A DNA stretch of 64,000 nucleotides. It comes from the human T2T-CHM13v2.0 reference genome, Homo sapiens. The position numbers were made by a program, and so were the translations under genes. The first letter of the stretch is position 1; the number at the start of each line of letters is the position of its first letter. The notes beneath the pieces are model-generated. The model made no database searches and had not been told where the DNA came from. It saw nothing but the letters and a program-made list of their open reading frames with translations. This document shows positions 1 to 22,485 of the stretch, piece after piece. The stretch lies in the NCBI RefSeq assembly GCF_009914755.1, contig NC_060940.1. One strand, written 5' to 3'.

Positions 1-391
1 TCACAAAAGGAAGAGTCAATCAATGCAGCAAACTTCACTGTTGTCTGATTTTAAGAAATTATCAGTCACCACCACCTTCAGCAACCACCACCTTGATCAG
101 TCATCAGCCATTAACGTGGAGGCAAGACCCTCCACCAGCAAAGATTATGACTTGCTGAAGATTCAGATAACTGTTAACATTTTTAAAGCAATAAAATATT
201 TTAAAATTAAGGTTATGTACTTTTTTTCCAAGACAAAATGTCATTGTACACTTAGTAGACCACAGTATAGTGTAAACATAACTTTTATATGCACTGGGAA
301 ACCACAAAATTCCTATGACTTGCTTTGCTGCAATATTCCCTTCATTGTGGTGGTCTGGAACAGAACCTGCAACATCTCTGAGGTATGCCTA
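1..391 (+). mobile_element. Tigger1 DNA transposon 3' portion with terminal inverted repeat
   Basis: Ends ...ggtctggaacagaacctgcaacatctctgaggtatgcct followed by TA, resembling the recalled Tigger1 terminus; explains ORF 23..427. Confidence 0.75.
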
Positions 392-601
392 TATATTGCA
401 GATATCTACTCCCAGACAGTTACTTAAATTTTTACTTTAAGACATAAAGATGTTTTACAGTTTGATATACTCAAATTCATCAGTCTTTTCCTTCTTATGT
501 TGCTTAAGAAATCCTCAACCTCCTTGATAACAGAGAAAAGTTCCCTTAAAATTGAATATTTTCTGGCATTTTCACTATTTTCTATTACTTATTTAACAAA
601 C

Positions 602-666
602 CTTAATTTGCCACCAACTGCTTCAATTCCACGGGTTATCTTGAAAGATGAAGCTCCTTTTGTCGT
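602..666 (-). CDS. UQCRC2: UQCRC2 coding exon 4 ([22 protein letters not shown]); gene continues beyond window start
   Basis: 65 nt, AG at 668-667, GT at 601-600; matches recalled cytochrome b-c1 core protein 2. Confidence 0.96.
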
Positions 667-1084
667 CTTGAAAAAGAAAGAATGATTATCTTTGTAGCTT
701 TTCAATGCCAAGTTTGCCAAACATCACACTATATCAAAATCTGTTGTGAGCAGATTTAAAAAGAATTTTACTAAATTCCTGCATCCTTTTTAGTTAAGAA
801 TTATAAAACAAGGCTCAACAAAAAGCTTAAGTATACATTTTTACATTAAGTACATTCATGTAAAATTTCCACTGTCAAATACAAGCTTACTGGATTCATT
901 AGTCTATTCTGAAAGAGACTTGTATATGGGAAAAAAAGAGTTAATTTTCTTTCAATTTGCGGCACTTCCTGTTAAAAATTTGTTTACTGATTTCTTATGC
1001 TCTAACATCAACATTCATATGGATACTAATTTAGTGCTTCTCTGTGGCAAATATCTTGTGGTTTCTCATTTTACATTAGGGGAC

Positions 1085-1550
1085 AGTACTGGGTTTAACA
1101 GTGTTCCCCCCCAAATTTATGTCCAGCCAGAATATTTGCATGTTACTTTATTTGGTAATAAGGTCTCTGCAGATTTAAGTACTTAAGATGACATCATATT
1201 GAATTATAGTGGGCACTAAATCTAATGTAACTGGTATCCTTATCAGGAGGAAATGTGGACACAGACAGAAGGAAGGCCATGTGACAACAAAGGCAGAGAC
1301 TGCAGTGATGCAGTTGCAGGTCAAGGAACATGAAGGGTTGTGGGCAACTGCTGGAAGCTAGGAACAGGCAGGGGAGGATTTGTGCCTTCCTAGAACCTTT
1401 AGAGGGATCACAGCCCTGCTGATATCTTGGCTTGGCTTAGACACCTTGACTTGGACTTCTAGCCTCTAGAACTGTAACAGGATAAACTTATTTGGTTTAA
1501 GCTACCCAGTCCGTGGTAATTTGTTATGGCAGGTCAAGGAATCAAAATAT
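1085..1550 (+). mobile_element. MLT1-type MaLR solo LTR in UQCRC2 intron 3
   Basis: Typical MLT1 motifs (gaaggccatgtgacaacaaaggcagagactgcagtgatg; cttctagcctctagaactgt...gtggtaatttgttatggcag). Confidence 0.75.
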
Positions 1551-1634
1551 AAAGACATTGATCTTAGTTTTTCTTTTTCACAGGACCAAGATACCACAGC
1601 ATTTCCAAACACTTGAGGAAGTGAAGATACTCAC

Positions 1635-4442
<2,808 letters not shown>

Positions 4443-4861
4443 GTAATGTGCTTCTTAATCGTCCCATTCAAATCAGCAAATTATCCTAGTAACTGTCATG
4501 CAATCTTCTAAATTATTTTGTTCTAATAACAAGATATATCTAAGTTTATTCTCCTATATAAAGTGCTAAAATTAGACACATAAATAATTGCTTTCAAGTT
4601 TACTGCAATTTGTTTACTTTGGGCCTCTCCAACTGTTTTCTCTGAGCTTTTTCTGTTGCAAAATAGAATGGAGAAGGAAATGTTGGGGTCTTTTGCCAAT
4701 CTAACCGTGCTTCCCTCCAAGGGTAATCACTGGTGTGTCTAGGTATACCTGGAAGGTTAATGCAATTACAGCCTAAATCGATATAGCCCACAGCACATTT
4801 ATGTAAACATAAAGCATAAGAACATTCCATGCCCAGGTCTGGTCTTCTGCATCTCCATCTA

Positions 4862-5050
4862 GGGGGGTTTCTCAACACAGGTACTACTACTGGCACTTGG
4901 GGCTAGATAATTCTTTGCTGTAAGGCGAAGTTTAGCAGCATCCCTGGCCTCTCCATGCCAATAGCACCCTCCTTACAAGTTGTTGCAACTAAATATGTCT
5001 CCAAACATCGCCACCGGTTCCCTGGGGGCATTCTGTCCCTCGCTATGATT
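4862..5050 (-). mobile_element. MER20 (hAT-Charlie) element
   Basis: Reverse complement of recalled MER20 core (tttagcagcatccctggcctct; aatatgtctccaaacatcgcc...ccctggggg). Confidence 0.7.
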
Positions 5051-5399
5051 TTTTAAGTGTTCCCCCTTACCCCTCTTAATAACCACTGTCCCACAGTGAT
5101 ATAACCCTGATGTGTGAGTTTTCCCCAAGTGACAGCTATGTTTAATTTAGGCTTGAAGGGGAAACTTAATTAAGGAGCTTTTGAGGACAAACAGAGACGT
5201 CTTGGAGGAACCGTCTAACATACGATCAAGAAAAGCAACGTTAGACTACTAAGACACCATAGTATTTAACAATGAAGTTCCAGGTACTGTAATAAGTGTT
5301 CTATCTGCATTAGCTCCTTTCTTATACTTTTATTCGCTGGGGAAACTGACGCTCCGTGATAAACCAAGGAGCAGAGGCTGCAGCGGATAAAGTGAAGGT

Positions 5400-6720
5400 G
5401 GGGGGCTAAGTGCGCCGTCCTCCCGCTCCCCCTGGGTTTCACGGTCTCTTTCTCCAGCACTTGAGTACCGGAGTGACCTTCAGAAGTCTCTCCAAGGACT
5501 CGCTTCAACTCCGCTCTCACGTCCTGCCCCTCTCTTCAGGTTTCCCGGTGTTAGGTCTCTTGTGCTCACAGCATGAGCTGGGCCTCCAAAGCCTGACCCA
5601 GTCTGCAGCCCACTTGGCCCGCAGGGTTCAGCTGAAGGGCAGACCGAATCCCAAGGCCCAGACCCCAGACCAGACACCTCCGCCTCGTATCACCTTGTCG
5701 ACACACTGCTCCCCAGCCCTTTCCCAAACCCGCCACCTGAGCTCACCGAGAAAGAGCCGGCTCTGGTTAGTAGCTTCATGATTCAAGATTGTTCTGACAC
5801 ACGGTCACTGCCGGATTAAAGGAAAGCAAGATGGTGGCGGAGGCCGGGAGTTTCCCAGCGTTCCCCGCTAACACTTTCCCACGTCCCCTTCGTGAGGTAC
5901 TCTCTATACTGCCGCGCTCTACTGCTCTCTTTATAAGGTTGGACCAGTCCAATTCCTCCAAGACTCAGAATAGGGAGACGCACAATTTCCCAAGTAAATA
6001 TATGCAGAGAATAATGTACGTCACTGCTTTTTGCGTTCTTCTCCTAGCCTGAATATCCAGTATGCACCCCTTTTCTAAGTACGTCTGCAGCAGCCTGTCA
6101 CAACTCCCCCCGCTATCTTGGGCTCTTCCGCTCAGCATTGTCCAATGGGACGCGCCTCTCTTGGGACTCCGCATGCGCCCTCCGGGATGACACCTGCACT
6201 GGAGGCCCTGGGTTTCCGCGTTCCTGGACGTTGGAGGCTTCAGGAGATTCCTGCCACTCCACCTTTCTGCAGAGGTATTGGGTATCGAAGCCCGGCGTAG
6301 TTGCCTCTCGCTGGGTGAAGTCCTTACTGGATCTTTAGCTCCGTGAAACAGGGGCCTCGTTCAACGTATTCGCCGCTGTGTCCCCCAGAGCAGGCCCGGG
6401 ACACACCGGGAGGGTCAGCAACCTCGGGGAATCATCACAAGGCTTTTGGTCTCGTGGAATTTACGTCCTAGGCTGGGGCTACATAGAATATAAAAACTTA
6501 GCTATAGTTTTTGTGTTAGGAAAATAGAAATGTTTTGGATAGTAGGTGTGTTATGTGAGCCGAAACCGGCAGTTGGAGAAAGTCAGTCACGTGACGACTT
6601 GGGGCGGGGGCGTTCACTCCGGTCCTCAGCGAGTGTTAACCCAGAAAGTGCCTTGAGCTAGGCACTATGCCAACGCGAGAGGCGTGGTCCCTGCCCTTTA
6701 GGGACTTTAGAGTTTCGTAC
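5400..6720. promoter_or_regulatory. UQCRC2: UQCRC2 CpG-rich promoter: TATAAA (- strand, 5935-5930), CCAAT (5949, 6142), YY1-like AAGATGGTGG (~5828), CRE-like TACGTCA (~6017), NRF1-like CCGCATGCGC (~6169-6178), palindromic GTCACGTGAC (6586-6595), GC box (6601-6609)
   Basis: CpG-rich stretch around exon 1; motifs read directly; NRF1/YY1 typical of nuclear OXPHOS promoters; binding is inferred. Confidence 0.75.
5747..5779 (-). CDS. UQCRC2: UQCRC2 coding exon 1 (MKLLTRAGSFS, mitochondrial presequence start)
   Basis: ATG at 5779-5777, 33 nt, donor GTGAGC. Confidence 0.97.
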
Positions 6721-7134
6721 CTTGCTACGTTGCTTGGTTGGGAAACCGACAGTATCAGCATCAATATCATTTAGGAGTTGATTAGAAATGTATGAACTCC
6801 AGGTCCCATATTGGATCCGAATCGGTGTTTTTACAAGATCCTGGGATGACTTCGTATGCACAATAGTTTCAGAAAGGCTGGTGGTGTAGACGTTACAAGG
6901 CATAGGCAAATGTACTTTCTTTTTGCCTTGTGTCTGAATTGCTCCAGGCCTACAACGGACTTGGGCTCTCTAATTAAGATCTGGGCATTAAGAACCTGGC
7001 ACCAACCCAATTTCTGTGCCTGCTGGGGACGCCCTCAACCCAATTCATACCACACAGTTTCCCCACATGTGGTAGATTTAACACTAGTGGTGCGTGAGAT
7101 GATTTTAAGTTGGTACATAGATGAACACTTCCAT

Positions 7135-7360
7135 TTTTTCCTTTTAAAAATTTGTATAAATTTAAGGGGCGCAAGTACAGTTATGTTATATGGATATATT
7201 GCAGTAATGGTGAAGTCTGGGCTTTTAGTGTACCCATCACCCGAATAATGTACATGGTACCCATTAAGTACTTTCTCATCGTTCACCTCTCTCCCACCCC
7301 TCCACCTTTCGGAGTCTCCAGTGTCTGTCATTCCACACTCTATGTCCATGTGTACACCTT
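7135..7360 (-). mobile_element. L1 (L1MA/L1PB-like) 3' end fragment
   Basis: Antisense L1 3'UTR motifs (tttgtataaatttaagggg...cattccacactctatgtccatgtgtacac). Confidence 0.7.
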
Positions 7361-7778
7361 ATTTAGCACTGTTCCATTTTAATAATATATTTATTTTGAT
7401 TATGGCAAGCAATGCTAGTAGTGAATTTCCTCTTTAAGTACATTTATAAAATAATAAAAGTTGGTGTAAAAACGTTAAGTAACTTGATGATACGGAGATA
7501 CAGCAAAAATCATGAATGTGTTATACAGGTACCATTGAGTGAAATCTGGGAAGCAGTGCTCTGATCAAGCCACCTGCCTGCTTAAAATTCTTCAACGACA
7601 GCCACGTTTTTCAGGATAAAATTCAAATTCATTAACATGGCATACAAAGCTGTCTCCAGTACTTCAAAACCCCAATTCCCAAGTTAGCTAGCTGCACCCC
7701 TGAGTCCAATCATTGTAACTTCATCATTCAACAGTTCAGGTCAGGTAGGAGGAACACAAAAGTCTCCACACTCAAGTG

Positions 7779-7811
7779 CACACACACACACACACACACA
7801 CACACCCACAC
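7779..7811. repeat. (CA)n microsatellite
   Basis: Direct read. Confidence 0.95.
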
Positions 7812-8500
7812 CTGCTTATAATGTCCTCTCATTCTTAGGTTATGACCCAATATCAGAAAGGGGCAAAAATAAATTCTGTTCAAAATGTGGCAGGATTTGA
7901 AACATAATTCATGATATCAGCTACATAAATCATAAAATCCCAAGTTTGTCAATTGCAAAATGTCCTATTAAGCATTAAGCTACAAATTAGGAGTGCCATC
8001 TTGTGGACACATCCACCACTTCCACATCATGTCACCTCCTAGCCAACTCCGTGGCTGTTCTCACTGTGGAGGTCTCTGCCACAACTCCAGCATTTTATTG
8101 CAGAAGAAAACCCAGTCCTTGAACTGGTTTCTGCGTAGAACACACTGAAAGCCCTGGGAGAGGAAACCAGCAGACAGGAAAAGAGTAGACATGGAAGAGC
8201 AGATGAGTTCATTGCTGGAAAGCTCGAATTGTTAGTTTCGTTAATGTGGGGTCCAATTTGACTCTATGGAGCCTAACTACCTAGCCTGAGCGCTCGCGGT
8301 GAGTATGGGGTGGGAGAATGTAAAGAGAAAGCAGGCAACAGTAGGAGTAAAACACACCAGAGGAAGGTGATGTGGGTTTATACTTGGGAACAACATTACC
8401 TTGCCATCTTAGGGCCAGAGGCATTAATCATGGCTTCCCCAATGCATAATTTCGATGTTGGCATTTCCTTCCCCATTCCTTTCAGAATCCTACCCTGTCA

Positions 8501-8832
<332 letters not shown>

Positions 8833-9149
8833 GTTCATATCAATTTCTAATATTCTATAATTATTGTTTTTGGTCACATATACTTTTTCCATGTATTGAG
8901 GTGAACAGATTGGTCTTATTCTGTGTTAAGTTATATTGATTGATTCAAATTATAAATAAACCTTTCATTCCTGTTATAAACCCAACTTGGTCTGGATGTT
9001 TTATTCTTTTAATATATTGCTAGACCTAATTTGCTACTTATTTGTTTAGGATTTGTGCATTTATGTTCCAGAGTGATACTGGCTTTAACTTTCACTTTCA
9101 TTCCCCCCATTCATGCATTTTTCTGTCATAGATAAAATGAGTTAGGAAG

Positions 9150-10494
<1,345 letters not shown>

Positions 10495-10744
10495 GAAGTA
10501 AACGTCTTTTCCCAGCTTTCGTATATTTTGCGTGCTCCCTTTGATTCTGTCAGGCTTTTATTTTATTCTTTATTAGGGTGGGTCTATTTAGGTTTTTGAT
10601 CTTATTCTAGGACATGATCTTTACTTCTAAGGCATGGCTTTTCTGGAGTTATAACTGTAAGGGGTGCTCAGTAAGGTATCTCTACTGTGGCTCTCAGTAA
10701 GAATTCCGACATTTTCTGCACTATGTAAACTCTGGGTCTACCTT

Positions 10745-11709
<965 letters not shown>

Positions 11710-12166
11710 CATTCAGTTCTCAGTCTAGCAGGTGCCATTCTCTGATAGGCCTCACAGCATCTCTCCCTTTGCACATGGCACAGGCCAGCTCATGACTCAC
11801 AGCAAACCCCATTCAAATTTCTGGGCCCCCGCTTCGTCTTTATCATCACCCTGCTCTTCAAATTCTAGCTGCTTTAGCAATCCTAAACTCCCTCTTAATT
11901 GATCCCTTTTGAGGTTCAGAAGCTACAGTTCAAAAAAACCTAAGATTTATTGTTCCATTTCTGCAAAAGGACGACGTGAAGCTACATTGATCTGCCTTAC
12001 TACTCGTATCTGAAACCTAGTAGAACATTAGACAGTTTCGTAATTAGGTAATTGTGGGAAAAGGAGCATAGGTGGAGCTATGGGCTTCATTTCAAACAGC
12101 AGGGACAAAAGAAAGCACCTCAACATTAGCAGCATCAACAAAAAGTGCAGCAGCATAATGACTCAC

Positions 12167-12355
12167 CTGTAGGTGTTGATAAGCTCATCAGCATGAGGCT
12201 CCAGTTCAAGTGAATTCAACCATTTCTTCACATACAGTTGAATCTGGGGCTTAGGGACTCCCCATAATCTGGCATACATGATCATTATTTCCTGAGCAGT
12301 CATATATTCTAGCAAGACATCAAATTCAGGACAATAACCAATTCTTGACCTTAAC
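12167..12355 (-). pseudogene. Isolated paralogous ABCA NBD2 Q-loop exon (second copy; ABCA16-like remnant?) with +1 frameshift
   Basis: 189 nt vs 188 nt; reads (L)RSRIGYCPEFDVLLEYMTAQEIMIMYARLWGVPKPQIQLYVKKWLNSLELEPHADELINTY; AG/GT intact; flanks homologous to 19898-20850. Confidence 0.85.
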
Positions 12356-12728
12356 CTAATTACAAGAATTGCATTAAGTAAAGACCCAAGTCATCTATCC
12401 CACTAGACAACCATGGATAAGATGGCAAACCTGCAGTCTTCCAGGCCATACTTTTAAGAGTCCTACCAAGATATTTTTTTTCTAAAGGGCTACAAAATTA
12501 TAGCTGTCAGATCTATTGTAGGACATTGGAATAGTAGGCTCCATAATTCAGTTTTAATGATCTTGGGGATAAAGAAGTTAGAAATGAAATTCCACAGCCT
12601 ACTCATTTTGGAGGAGTACTAGATTATGACATGGTCTTCTCATTAATCAAGAACTCCAGGGGGAATGGCCGCCATGGAGGTATTTGCACTGTTAAACCTG
12701 TACAACATCTTGTCCATATAAAGGCTGA

Positions 12729-13203
<475 letters not shown>

Positions 13204-14092
13204 TAGACACTTCATAGAAACAAACTCAAATTCCCTCTTTATCTAACAACAACAAAAAAAAGAACAGTAAGCATCTGGTGGGTGTCACTTTATAATAAAC
13301 AATATCCAATTAAGGATTTGAAAACATTGAACAAGCCACCCCAAAATAGAGCACCTTTATAGACTCTCTTCATCTTGCAATTCTGCAAGAACCATCCTAG
13401 TTGTCTATGAATCCTGAAAAGGTGATTAGATTTCTCATATTATTTATGGGGGACTCCATCTATCTACCTAGGCAAGAATCAGAAGAAAATATCTCTGTGT
13501 CCCTCTCTCTCCACTTTATTTCTCCTTCTTCTTTATTAGAGGTGAGATAATTGTAGAAAAGAAAACACACTATTTTTAAATAATCCTTTTTTTTCTGGTC
13601 ATGGATCCCAAATGTTCTTGGTGCAAAAATTCTCTTTCAACTGAAGCATATGAACTTTATTTTGGATGTCTGAAATAGTAACCCAACTCAGCCCTCCAAC
13701 ATTGATGAATTTATATTAGATATATGTGTATATGCATGTATATCTGCACGCGTGTGTGAGTGTGAATGTGTGTGTGTGTGTATCCATAGGAAAGCTGATG
13801 TGATCCAGGCCTTATGCGCTTCTTATCCATAACTCAACTGCTGAAACATAAAGCTCTTGTTCTTTGGGCTGTCCCATCTGACAGCTCCATCATTACTGGA
13901 TCTTTCTGTTCAAATGTCCAGAACACTCAGGAACAGGTTCCTGTCCCAACCCTGATAAATGCTGCTCTTTCATATCTCAAGGAGAGAAAATGGGAATTTC
14001 ACCAAATGTCTTTGGATTTGAGCATGCTGGATACACAGGCCGCTCATCTAAATCTGCAATGAAGGGGACAAACTTTCTTCTTTGGGAAAAGC

Positions 14093-14098
14093 TTTATT
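14093..14098 (-). terminator. Candidate polyadenylation signal AATAAA of the ABCA remnant
   Basis: ~105 nt downstream of stop codon of terminal ABCA exon. Confidence 0.5.
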
Positions 14099-14200
14099 AC
14101 ATAAATATATGTACACCAAGATATACATGCACAGGAAGGTCCCCCATGCATCCAGGTGTCATCTATGAGAGACACAAGGGTCACTGGTTGTAACTGAATC

Positions 14201-14341
14201 TCATGGCACCTCGTTTTCATCATCACTGGATGCTTTCTCTGGGTTAGCAAAGGTCAGGAAGACCTGTTCCAGTGTGATCTGACTGACAGAATAGTCTTCT
14301 AAATCGAATTGCTCTTTAGCTTCCTCCAAAATGCCAAACAC
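14201..14341 (-). pseudogene. ABCA15P: ABCA15P (ABCA3P1) terminal exon: [46 protein letters not shown]
   Basis: Conserved ABCA C-terminal motif YSVSQ.TLEQVF..FA; AG acceptor at 14343-14342. Confidence 0.88.
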
Positions 14342-14789
14342 CTTTAACAACAGCAACAAAAACACAGTTACCATTGCAATCTCCCCTTCAGCCCCCAACT
14401 CAGATAAGCCTCTCCTCCACTCCCCCAATTCCTATCAAGTGTATGTTGGAGGACAAAAGGCACAGAAGGGAGAGGTGAGAAGGTGGAAGAACAGAGAATT
14501 GAGAAAGTGAGAGGAAGCCATTCTCTGTTCCCATTCTCTTGATGGATATGGAGTAATAATGGAATTTACTTAATTATATACTGTGGAGGGGTGAATAGAG
14601 GAGGTCAATACGAAAGGAGATATAACCCGCTAACCCACTCTTTTTGGTATCCATGACACGGTTCATGCTTTCAGATTTATTCCTCATGAAATCATCTTAT
14701 TATGTGGAGTTCATAGCAATTATTGAGGGCAGGATTTGAGGTACAATAAATTATCAGCTGACATGCCCAATGTAAGAAAACTGAGCCTT

Positions 14790-18703
<3,914 letters not shown>

Positions 18704-18745
18704 AATTTAATACATTTCTGACAAAGGTAGCACAACTTAATTTAC

Positions 18746-18927
18746 CTGGAAATGTTGTTGCAACATAACATTTAAAATCCTCTAATTTATCTTCAGTCTT
18801 GACCTTGACCTTCAGGATGTAAATGTTGCCAAACTTGCTCTTGAGATGCTGAGGGCTGCCCAAGCAAGTGAACTTCCCTTGCACCATGATGGCTAGACTG
18901 GTACAGAGGGCGTCACATTCCTCCATA
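18746..18927 (-). pseudogene. ABCA15P: ABCA15P exon: (S)[60 protein letters not shown](G)
   Basis: 182 nt, AG/GT intact, no stops; ABCA3-like post-H-loop segment. Confidence 0.9.
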
Positions 18928-19351
18928 CTTGGAAAACAAAAGGGCAGAATGTTGTAAGGGTAAAAATAAAAAGTTCTCTTTTGGAAGACATTGTGTAGTT
19001 CAATCAGAGCCAGAATTTTGTGACCCTATTTTCAATCAGAATTTGTATTTTTCCAATCATAAAGCACATAGATGGGAAGTGGGAATTTTTCAAACGAAAA
19101 AGAACACAGCGCTCAATTTTCAAATAGAACATCTTCTGAAGTCCTGTCTTTTCCTCACTTTTTTTTTAAACTCAGTGAGGATTTTTGGCCATTTGATTTA
19201 TTAGGATTAACATGAATCCTAATTCCTGATGAGGAGCTAACATACTCAGGCAAGTTTAGTGTCCAATATTATCCACTGGGCCTAAATAATTCCTTCTTAT
19301 AGCCACTAAAACTCTTGCTAGCCTTCAACCAAGCCTCCCAATGAGCCATAC

Positions 19352-19522
19352 CTGTGGGAGGTCATAACGATGGCTTTTCCACTTTCACGTGTCTTTGTCA
19401 CCATGTTCCAGAGCAGGCGTCTGGCTACTGGGTCCATGCCAGTTGATGGCTCATCCAGGAAGATGACTGAAGACCTTCCCATTAGGGCAATAGCAGTACT
19501 CAGCCTACGTTTGTTTCCTTCA
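19352..19522 (-). pseudogene. ABCA15P: ABCA15P exon with signature, Walker B and H-loop: (S)[56 protein letters not shown](S)
   Basis: 171 nt, AG/GT intact, [10 protein letters not shown] motif; not in ORF track. Confidence 0.92.
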
Positions 19523-20151
19523 CTTCATGGCCAAAGAAGGAGAGAAAAAGTGAGAGAAAAAATGGCTATACATATCAGCTATGTATAGGAAAGAGTTAGT
19601 ACAAATTTCCCAAATGCTGAGAGTCCCAGCAAACACTTAACATGGATGTCCCAATGCTGATTATATGTGACTTTGATTAGGTAGCAGGCCCAATTACAGG
19701 CGTCTATATCAATTCATTTTAATTTGAGATATCGAGGAGTGACTTTTATGTAATTAATTTTGGCAGCATTATCAGTGGCATGTTCTTAGAGTGTTATGGT
19801 TTCCAAGACACATAAATCACATCATAATTCAAAGGGCCTACATTCCTCCTTACTTGGTAGACAAAGAACTATAGGGACACTAGGAAGAGAAGACACTCCT
19901 TTTTTTGAGGTTCAGAGGATATAGTTCAAATAGAACCAAGACTTTGCGTTTCATCTCTGAAAAGGGAAGATGTGGAACTGTATTGATTTGCCTTGTTACT
20001 GGCATCTGAAGCCTAGCAGAACATTAGATAGTTTCACAAGTAGGTAATTGTGGGAAGAGGAGCTTAGGTGGAGCTGTAAGCTTCATTTCAAACAGCAAGA
20101 ACCTCAATATTAGCAGCATCAACAGAAAAGAGCAGTAGCATAGTGACTTAC

Positions 20152-20339
20152 CTGTAGGTGTTGATAAGCCTGGCAGCATGAGACTCCAGTTCCAGTGAAT
20201 TCAAACATTTGTTCACATACAGCCCAATCTGGGGCTCAGAGACTCCCCATATTCTGGCATACATAATCATTATTTCCTGAGCAGTCATATATTCCAGCAA
20301 GGCATCAAATTGAGGACAGTAGCCAATTCTTGACCTCAC
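20152..20339 (-). pseudogene. ABCA15P: ABCA15P Q-loop exon: VRSRIGYCPQFDALLEYMTAQEIMIMYARIWGVSEPQIGLYVNKCLNSLELESHAARLINTY(S)
   Basis: 188 nt, AG/GT intact, IGYCPQFDAL is diagnostic for ABCA NBD2; no upstream Walker A exon found. Confidence 0.92.
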
Positions 20340-21039
20340 CTAATAACAAAAATTGCCTTGAGTAAAGAGCCAAGTCATCCATCCCACTCTACATCCATGG
20401 ATGAGATGGCAAACCTGCAGTCCTCCAAGCCATGCTTCTAAGAGTCCTACCAAGACTGTTTTTTTCCTAAAGGGCTACAGAATTACAGCTGTCAGACCTA
20501 TTGTAGGACACTGGGATAATAGCTTCTGTAATTCAGTTTTAATGATCTTGGGGATAAAGAAGTTAGAAATAAAATTCTAGAGCCACACAATTTGGAGGAG
20601 TATTGGAATATGAGATGCTCTTCTCATTAATCAGGAACTCTAAGGAGCATGGAAACCATGATGTTTTGGCTTTGTTTAACCTGTAGAGCCATATGTATAT
20701 CTTGTTCCAGGGTAAGGCTGAACCAGAAGCAAAGCCTTTCTGCATTCATCCCCAAACCAGAGACTGCAATAAATGTTGCTTCACCAATTAGTCAAACCCT
20801 TCTGTTGATTTACATTGAGGTGCACATAGCCTAACAGACAGAGAAAAGGCTGTCAATTTAAATTAAATTAAATTACTAATTAATTTACAGTGTTTCCAAA
20901 CTATTAATGCCCCCTAAACTCCTGGCATGGCACAAGCTCCTGCCCCTCTATTTGAAGTGACAGGGGCTTTAAAGGACTAGCTCCCTTTACACACCATCCT
21001 TCATTTTTCTCATTTTCCTCTTTTGGGATTCATATATTA

Positions 21040-22060
21040 AGTATTAGGGCATTAAAACACAACTGTATATATAAAGAAAAATATAAAGTAACCACACATG
21101 CTCAGGGAAAGACACAGGCTCAGAAAATGCCTGAGAAGAACTTAGTTTCACACCCCAGGCTGATCCTAAGCACCGAGACAGCCTACAACAATCCAAAAAA
21201 CAAAAACAATAAATAAAAAGTAACAAACAACAGCAAACCTAAGAGAATGACGAAAATATAATTTCCAGAATTACCACTTTATTAGAGTCAAATGTCCAGT
21301 TTTTAATAAAACTCAGAAGCATACAAAGAAACAGGAAATTATGGCCCATCAAAGGATCAAAGGAAAAAAAAATGAATGGAAACTGTACTGAAAAAGACAT
21401 GATGGCAGATATACTAGAAAAATACTTTAAAATACTGTCTTAATGATGCTTTAAAAACTAGAGGAAGATGTGGAGGAAGTCAAGAAAATGATGTACAAAC
21501 AAAACAGCAATATCAATAAGGAGGTAGAAAACTTTAAAAGGAAACAAAAAAATTCTAGAGTGGAAAAGTACAATAACTGAAATAAAATATTAACTAGTAG
21601 GATTGAAAGTCATGTTTGAATAGGCAGAAGAAAAAATTACTTAACTTGAATATAGGACAATGGCAATTATTGAGTCTGAGGAACAGGAAGTAAAAAGATT
21701 GAAAAAAGGAAAAAAAAAAAGGAAAGATCAAAGAAATGTAAACAGAGCCTAAGGGACTTTTGGAACACCATCAAGTGGACTAATATATACATTGTGGTAT
21801 TTAAGAAGGAGAAGAAAGACAAGGGCAGAGAGATAATTTGAAGAAATAATGATTGAAAACTTTCCCAATTTCATGAATATAAACATCCAAGAGCCCAATG
21901 AACTCTAAGGAAAATGAACTCAAAGAGACCCACACCAAGACATGTTATTATCAATTCAGCAAAAGCCAAAGACAGAGAGAGAATCTTGAAATCAGGAAGA
22001 CAGAAGCCATGTATCACGTTTTAAAAAAGTCTCTGAAGACTATCAGCAGATATCAGAAGC
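21040..22060 (+). mobile_element. Old L1M 5'/ORF1-region fragment
   Basis: A-rich degenerate ORF1-like sequence (gaaataatgattgaaaactttccca...agacccacaccaagacat). Confidence 0.65.
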
Positions 22061-22088
22061 TTCGGCAGCCAGAGGCAATGGTGTTTGA

Positions 22089-22485
<397 letters not shown>

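Noticed and set aside
5776-5961. 61-aa ORF whose TGA overlaps the UQCRC2 ATG (possible uORF)
   Set aside because: Starts at TTG upstream of the TATA-like box, so probably outside the mRNA
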